Shown: one piece after another, positions 61,746-64,000 of the stretch
How the letters are laid out: every line of letters starts with the position of its first letter
How positions within the stretch are numbered: the first letter of the stretch is position 1
Assembly: GCF_001194135.2 (NCBI RefSeq)
Contig: NC_068982.1
Coordinates: 15,788,595-15,852,594, forward strand
Reading direction: 5' to 3'
DNA length: 64,000 nucleotides
Source of the DNA: Octopus bimaculoides
Lineage: Eukaryota
Translations under genes and position numbers: made by a program
The notes under the pieces: model-generated
Database searches by the model: none
Seen by the model: the letters and a program-made list of their open reading frames with translations, nothing else
What the model was told of the DNA's origin: nothing

Positions 61746-63450
61746 TTATCTGTAGTATCTTTCAATACATCTCAACGCAAACTTTTTTGACTTTCAATAT
61801 AAGCTGAATTTGTATGTATGTATACTTAAAGCTAAACATATCAAACACTAAACATAAAATTTTGATCTGTTTCTACACCTGCTGTTAAAATTTGAAGTAA
61901 TTTGAACAAGAACTGGCAAAGTTATCAGACTGCAAAATGATATCAAATTTTTTGAAATACCCTGTATATATGTATATATTTTTATCTAGAGGGAGAGAGA
62001 GAGACATATATTCTTTTATTCCTTTACTGGTTTCAGTCATTTGACTGTGGCCATGCTGGAGCACTGCCTTTAGTCAAACAAATTGACCCCAGAACTTATT
62101 CTTTGTAAGCTTAGTACTTATTTTATCAGTCACTTTTGCAGGACCACAAAGTTACGGGGACGTAAGCACATCGGTTGTCAAGTGATGGTGGGGGAACAAA
62201 CACAGACACACACATATATATGTGTGCGTGTGTATATATATATATATATACAACAGGCTTCTTTCAGTTTCCATCAACCAAATCTACTCANNNNNNNNNN
62301 NNNNNNNNNNNNNNNNNNNNNNNNNNNNNNNNNNNNNNNNNNNNNNNNNNNNNNNNNNNNNNNNNNNNNNNNNNNNNNNNNNNNNNNNNNNNNNNNNNNN
62401 NNNNNNNNNNNNNNNNNNNNNNNNNNNNNNNNNNNNNNNNNNNNNNNNNNNNNNNNNNNNNNNNNNNNNNNNNNNNNNNNNNNNNNNNNNNNNNNNNNNN
62501 NNNNNNNNNNNNNNNNNNNNNNNNNNNNNNNNNNNNNNNNNNNNNNNNNNNNNNNNNNNNNNNNATATATTATGAAATAAGCTAGATAGATACATAAGTA
62601 TTATATTGCCCGATGTATCTTTTCTTAAATGTTGAAGAAAACATTGAAACTTATAAAATAGTGAAATATGACCGACAAAAAAAGAAAATTAAATAACTTC
62701 TAGAATATATGAAAGACCAAAATAAATAATGAAATAACATTAAAATGTTCAATAACTTTTAAACATTTTATAATAAAAAAAATAATCAAAAGTTGTGAAA
62801 TGTGAAAACAATTTGTTGTTTTTGTTTCATATTTCTGAACATTTGTATAATTTCTATAAAATGATAATTACTATACCAATATCGTCATGACAACGAAAGT
62901 GATTGTAAGTTAAGATTGGTTGGTAACAGAAGTGACAATGAAATGAATATGTTTAATGATGGAGACAAGGAAAAAGAGAGAAGGTGATTGTTGCAGAGAG
63001 AGAGAGAGGGTGGGGGTGGGGGGTAGAGCTGTGGTATTCAAAACAGACAATAAAAGCGACAGTTTTATTCAAATATATTGAAATCAGAAATTTTAAGATT
63101 TTGTCATCGTTTCAGTTTGATCCAAAAGTTATTTAGAGTTTTTGATTTCATATATAAATAAATGCGATTTGTGTGACAATCATTCTAATATCTAATATGG
63201 AAGATGAAAATAGTAATATCACCTACAGGATACAAATGCTGTGCCTATTGTTAACCGTATAATCAACACTAGATTAACATTAAGCAAAATAAGCATGTAC
63301 TGAGGGAGACAACATAGATATGGTAAATGGTTTACGGCACAAAAGAAATTACTTTAATCCTTTAACCCTTCATTTTTGAACTGGCTATATCTGGCCAAAA
63401 TATTCTACCTGTTTCATGTTCAAACCAGCCAGATCTGGTCTCTTATTCTA

Positions 63451-63976
63451 CAGGGTGTCCACAAAGTCTGGGTACATGGAGTAAATAAAATCATAACATA
63501 AGCAATTAGGCGTAGGAGTGGCTGTGTGGTAAGTAGCTTGCTTACCAACCACATGGTTCCGGGTTCAGTCCCACTGCATGGCACCTTGGGCAAGTGTCTT
63601 CTACTATAGCCTCGGGCCAACCAAAGCCTTGTGAGTGGATTTGGTAGACGGAAACTGAAAGAAGCCCATCGTATATATGTATATATGTGTGTGTGTGTGT
63701 ATATGTTTATGTTTGTCCCCCCCAACATCGCTTGACAACCGATGCTGGTGTGTTTACATCCCCCGTCACTTAGCGGTTCGGCAAAAGAGACCGATAGAAT
63801 AAGTACTAGGCTTACAAAGAATAAGTCCTGGGGTCGACTTGCTTGACTAAAGGCGGTGCTCCAGCATCGCCGCAGTCAAATGACTGAAACAAGTAAAAGA
63901 GTAATTAAATATAAGAAATAATAATTTCTTAAAGTATGTGTTAATCTCCATGTACCCAGACTTTATGGACACCCTG
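63451..63976. mobile_element. Tc1/mariner MITE containing a full SINE
   Basis: ~31-bp TIRs cagggtgtccacaaagtctgggtacatggag / ctccatgtacccagactttatggacaccctg (1 mismatch) with TA on both sides. Confidence 0.88.
63506..63903 (+). mobile_element. Full-length tRNA-derived SINE (family A here)
   Basis: A-box-like tggctgtgtggt and B-box-like ggttcagtccc, central (TA/TG)n, tail gactgaaacaagtaaaagagt. Over 20 full or partial copies, e.g. 5735-6118(-), 12225-12590(-), 29610-30030(-), 51880-52215(+), 53290-53695(-), 60820-61215(+). Confidence 0.88.
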
Positions 63977-64000
63977 TAGAATTAAACATTGGCCTCTAAT

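Noticed and set aside
61756-61815. Next phase-0 exon candidate (YLSIHLNANFFDFQYKLNL)
   Set aside because: It does not fit the expected PDZ alphaB/betaF pattern and lies in transposon-like sequence. The next exon is probably past the window or in the 62291-62564 gap.

Overview
AT-rich, microsatellite-dense, gapped draft of an animal genome. The SINE repertoire and (TA)n/(CA)n/(ATT)n load look cephalopod, most likely Octopus (recognition from memory, not a database result). There is no prokaryotic content, CRISPR array, rRNA or intact tRNA. The main feature is one + strand gene that the ORF track shows only in pieces. Six exons with canonical GT-AG ends and matching phases (16609-16710, 30431-30654, 50963-51026, 54858-56875, 57170-57410, 60183-60326) splice into 931 stop-free codons, and the gene continues past the last exon found. 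The product is an N-terminal PH domain, a ~640-aa Pro/Ser-rich disordered linker (PPxY, PxxxPR, a 7x hexapeptide repeat) and a tandem PDZ-like pair. I cannot assign it a gene name. The rest is intronic or intergenic and full of mobile-element debris. This includes about five SINE-like families, fragments of Tx1/L1, RTE, CR1/L2, RLE-type and Penelope retroelements, a near full-length mariner, Tc1/maT and hAT fossils, MITEs and a Helentron-type remnant. It also holds a degenerate Penelope-type hammerhead ribozyme and several fold-back palindromes. Exon and TSD coordinates were counted base by base; repeat boundaries are approximate (about +/-20 bp).
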